Part shown: positions 60,562 to 64,000 of the stretch, in pieces
How positions within the stretch are numbered: the stretch's first letter is position 1
How the letters are laid out: every line of letters starts with the position of its first letter
NCBI GenBank assembly: GCA_964057225.1
Contig: OZ059894.1
Coordinates: 11,532,001-11,596,000 of the forward strand
Direction: 5' to 3'
DNA length: 64,000 nt
DNA from: Auanema rhodensis
Taxonomy: Eukaryota; Animalia; Nematoda
Program-made: the position numbers and the translations under genes
The notes under the pieces: generated by a model
The model's input: only the letters and a program-made list of their open reading frames with translations
What the model was told of the DNA's origin: nothing
Database searches by the model: none

Positions 60562-63500
60562 ATGGTTTATTGAATAACTAATGTTATGAAACAATAAATA
60601 ACCAATAAAAAAGAGCCCAGAATCGGGGAGACGGTATTACCAGTACAACTTAAAACAGCAAGTGATTAAAAAGTACAAAATAAAACACATTACCAACAGA
60701 GGCTAAAACGACTCAAGAGTCGGGGGAGTGGGTTAAAAAAAGTAATGAATAACAAAAAAAATGAATAATAAAGCAGAACAGTGAAAAGTAAATATCAAGT
60801 GCCGCTATGATCAAACAATTTGAGTGCCTACGGCAATGGTGTTAAAAATAAACAACAAAATACATGTACCAATGAAGGTCAGAAAGAGAGAAAGAAAAAA
60901 GACAAAAATAAGTAATACAAAAAGTAAAAAATATATTACAATCAAATCACAAACAAGTCAATGGATAATTTCTTCTTCATACTGCCTTACACCAGAAACA
61001 TGTTCCACGTAGATATTCCTGGCCCACTTGATGGTATCGGCGACGACGAGCTTCTCCATTAGCCGGTTGTAGTGGCTGCTGATCTTGAGTGATCGGAGGG
61101 CTTGTACGTTGAGCGGGTCCATAGTTCCAAGCATTCCTACGACATACGCTTCTACACTAGTCTTATAACCAAGACATTGGTATTGGCTGGCTATGTCAGC
61201 ATATTTCCTCTCCTTTATCATACGCGCGGCTATCATGGCTTGTCGGCGGTTTTCATAGCTCACTGTAACATCAACGATACTACAGTGTTTTGCGTCATGA
61301 TCGACCACTACTATGTCAGGTCGGAGTGTACTATTAATGCCAGGAAGAGGCTGGTTAGTGTAAACTTCTCCGTTTTTAGGCTCTGGCAGGGCTTTGATAA
61401 GACGGTCCACGATGTTGTTGTGGCGGAGTTGGATTGCTCTCGTGTGAAAGTGGCAGTGTCCAAGAACATGTGCAGCAGTTTCGTTGGGGTAACTACACCT
61501 GCGGCACTGTTTGTTTCCTTCTCCGTGTCTTCTACAGCCATTGAGCTGGAGAGTATTAAGTCGAGCCTTGTGGATGAATCGCCAATCAGCAAACCGTATG
61601 AAATCTCCCTTCGCCATAAAGTGATTGGACGCTTTGTTGAGCATTGTGACATCAAAGACTTTCCCTTGATCCGGTTTTTGAAGAAGGATCCGAAGGTCTT
61701 TCAGCCATAATGCACGTCGCAGGCTTCTGTGGCATAGTGAAGGTGTTAACAGTTGGTTGTTTAGATTGAGTTCTAAACCACTTTCGAGGCATGTCCAGTT
61801 AGCGTTGATGAGTTTCTTGAGTTGACGCATCGCTACTCTTACTCTAGTCCAGATGGAGGAAACATCAGATGTTTCGGTGTCGAAAATGCCATCAACGGAA
61901 CCGTTGTAATATGCAGCTGTCTCATCGTTACTGGCTTGACGTTTAATCCTTTTTGATGCTACTTTTATTGAGTCTTGATGCGCAATATCAGCTACTACAA
62001 GATCAGATGACTTCAAAAGTTGGTAGGCATGAGTGACTTCACAGACGTCTGACAGGTGTTGGAGTCGAGAGAGACCAAGTCCGCCGTAGTTAGTTGGCAG
62101 GTAGATTGGTTCAGCACTGGCGTTTGGAGGATAGTGCATCCATCTACGGGCACAGCGTTTGAGTTCTTTGTCAAAGGCGACTAGTTTACTCTTTGGGACG
62201 TGGCCATTCGTCATATGAAAATTAAGGCAGGGCATCAGGAAGGTGCGTACTGCGTCAGCTTTCTGCCATTCAGCCAGTAAGGATTTGTCAATTTTTTCCA
62301 AGTGTTGACTCATGATATTCACTGTTGGAACCGCAGACTTATGTAAATGCATTCCAGTAGGGATTCCCAGGTGGGAGTAGCTGTCAAATTTGCTGAGAGC
62401 GGGTAGAAAGCAGCTCTGAAGCATGTATGAGGCTGTTGATATTTTCCCTTTGTCGATCGTCAAAGTGGCGCATTTCGCTGGTTTGAAGGTCAAGCCTGTG
62501 AAATTAGCCGCATTTGATGCTGCGTCCAACATTTTCTGTAGATCTTCTGATGATGAGGAGACCAGGGCAAGTTCATCGGCGTACGCTAGCACAGCGATGT
62601 TGTGATTGTGTAGCTTATAGCCTGTAGAGGTTTCCAAGATGGTTTTAATTAGAGGTTCAATGGCAAGGTTGAACAGGATCGGAGATAGTGGGGATCCTTG
62701 TAACACACCTGCGTGAACTGGAATGGTCGAAGTGAGTCCGGAGCCTGTCTGGATTCTTGTAGAGGCATCTGTGTATAGAGCTCGTACTCGGGATATTGAG
62801 GCTTCAGCCATTCCTGACCATCTTAGAACGTCTAGCAGAGTTTCGTGTGGCAGCGATCCAAAAGCGTTTGCGAGATCAAGCCAAGCAATTGCAATTTTCT
62901 CACGTTTACGTTTAGCGTCTGCAATGGTACTTTGCAACAAAAAGTTGTGTTCCATGCATCCAGCTTTGGCCACAAAGCCCTTTTGGGAGGGAGAAAGTCT
63001 TTTTTCTGCTCTTGCCCATGTTAGCAGTCGATGCGTAAGACAAGCTGAGTACGTCTTACCAATTGTGCACGAAAGTGCTATTGGTCGCCAGTTGTTAATG
63101 TCAGCTTTATCACCTTTCTTATGGATGAGGACGGTGGTCGACTCTTTCCAGGAAAAAGGGATGTGTCCTAGCTTGTGTACGGTGTTAAATATCGCTGCTA
63201 ATATGTGACCTCCTTGGTCAAATTTCTTCCAGTGCGAGTATCGAAGTCCATCAGCTCCTGGAGCCGTATCGCTGCAACGTCGTATGCGTTCCCAGACTTC
63301 CAAAGGGGTGAAAACACCTTCTAATGGGTCGGTACTAGTTGGCAAATCCGGTCTGGTGACTGTGATGGGGAGGGCTGGGCCTTGACTGCTGTGAACAGAA
63401 AGGAAGTGTTTTTCAACATCTGCAGATGGTATGGTGCAGGTTTCACTTTGTTCTCCGAGCAGTTGTCGAAAGGCTTTCTTCTTGTTGGCCCTCCAAAGCT

Positions 63501-64000
63501 TCTGGATCTTCATCGCCTGGGTTTTTTGGTCTTCCTCAGGTTGTGTGTGTGGTCGGCGCCTTTGTCGGAAGTTGGGAACTTTGATCATAATGTCAAGAGA
63601 CTTTCTGATTGTGTCTACCAACTCTTCCAGGACCTGCTCGAGCTCACTTTTGCACACTACCTTTTTAATTCTATCCACCCAAATATTTTCAGAGTTTCTA
63701 TTCGGATCAGGGTCGGCAAAAGATGGTTCTGTACTCGGAACCCTGATCTCGTTGAATATTTCACTCTCTCGCGGAAGGGGGGAAACTTCGGCCTCTGGGG
63801 ACAAGTCCAGAATTGGGGCCTCAAATAAGCGTACCGTTGATGGAGATCCTTGTTCCTGTCCACTGGATGATGTTTCCTCCATTGTACGCTCCTCCACGGG
63901 CGGGGTGGTCGTCCTTGTGCCTGGTGGGCGGGTGTTCCTGATCCTCCGCAATATAGGGCGGGAACTGGGCTCTCTCGGAGATAGAGGTGAGATCACCACA
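60562..64000 (-). mobile_element. U2-targeting RLE non-LTR retrotransposon (Utopia-like), copy 3, diverged, runs off the window
   Basis: Same U2 junction; scattered substitutions and 3' UTR indels relative to copy 2. Confidence 0.93.
60958..63999 (-). CDS. Non-LTR RT/RLE protein, 5'-partial, RT active site YADE
   Basis: Collinear with 39791-43069 and open throughout; GAC->GAA change at 62572-62574. Confidence 0.9.
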   Translation of the reverse strand: MVISPLSPREPSSRPILRRIRNTRPPGTRTTTPPVEERTMEETSSSGQEQGSPSTVRLFEAPILDLSPEAEVSPLPRESEIFNEIRVPSTEPSFADPDPNRNSENIWVDRIKKVVCKSELEQVLEELVDTIRKSLDIMIKVPNFRQRRRPHTQPEEDQKTQAMKIQKLWRANKKKAFRQLLGEQSETCTIPSADVEKHFLSVHSSQGPALPITVTRPDLPTSTDPLEGVFTPLEVWERIRRCSDTAPGADGLRYSHWKKFDQGGHILAAIFNTVHKLGHIPFSWKESTTVLIHKKGDKADINNWRPIALSCTIGKTYSACLTHRLLTWARAEKRLSPSQKGFVAKAGCMEHNFLLQSTIADAKRKREKIAIAWLDLANAFGSLPHETLLDVLRWSGMAEASISRVRALYTDASTRIQTGSGLTSTIPVHAGVLQGSPLSPILFNLAIEPLIKTILETSTGYKLHNHNIAVLAYADELALVSSSSEDLQKMLDAASNAANFTGLTFKPAKCATLTIDKGKISTASYMLQSCFLPALSKFDSYSHLGIPTGMHLHKSAVPTVNIMSQHLEKIDKSLLAEWQKADAVRTFLMPCLNFHMTNGHVPKSKLVAFDKELKRCARRWMHYPPNASAEPIYLPTNYGGLGLSRLQHLSDVCEVTHAYQLLKSSDLVVADIAHQDSIKVASKRIKRQASNDETAAYYNGSVDGIFDTETSDVSSIWTRVRVAMRQLKKLINANWTCLESGLELNLNNQLLTPSLCHRSLRRALWLKDLRILLQKPDQGKVFDVTMLNKASNHFMAKGDFIRFADWRFIHKARLNTLQLNGCRRHGEGNKQCRRCSYPNETAAHVLGHCHFHTRAIQLRHNNIVDRLIKALPEPKNGEVYTNQPLPGINSTLRPDIVVVDHDAKHCSIVDVTVSYENRRQAMIAARMIKERKYADIASQYQCLGYKTSVEAYVVGMLGTMDPLNVQALRSLKISSHYNRLMEKLVVADTIKWARNIYVEHVSGVRQYEEEIIH

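Overview
Eukaryotic, AT-rich DNA, most likely from a nematode (judged from the 5S rRNA sequence). The backbone is a near-identical tandem array of ~2.46-2.51 kb units. Each unit carries one U2 snRNA gene, two 5S rRNA genes (360-bp internal duplication) and a variable (TA)n tract, with the RNA genes on the minus strand; I count 16 intact U2 and 34 5S genes. Four retroelements interrupt the array. Three are copies of a U2-targeting, restriction-like-endonuclease (RLE) non-LTR retrotransposon (Utopia-like), all inserted at the same U2 position. They are a 5'-truncated copy, a near or fully complete copy, and a diverged YADD->YADE copy that runs off the window; the two with visible 5' junctions have 298- and 59-bp target duplications. 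The fourth is a 12.3-kb Ty3/Gypsy-type LTR element with identical 417-bp LTRs and a tRNA-Gln primer site. Its single ~3,070-aa ORF reads Gag - signal peptide - class III-like envelope glycoprotein with a mucin-like insert - TM - PR - RT - RNase H - IN. The envelope gene therefore sits in frame between gag and pol, and an orphan ORF follows pol. The short ORFs repeated in every unit are treated as spurious. All assignments come from reading motifs by eye; no database searches were run.
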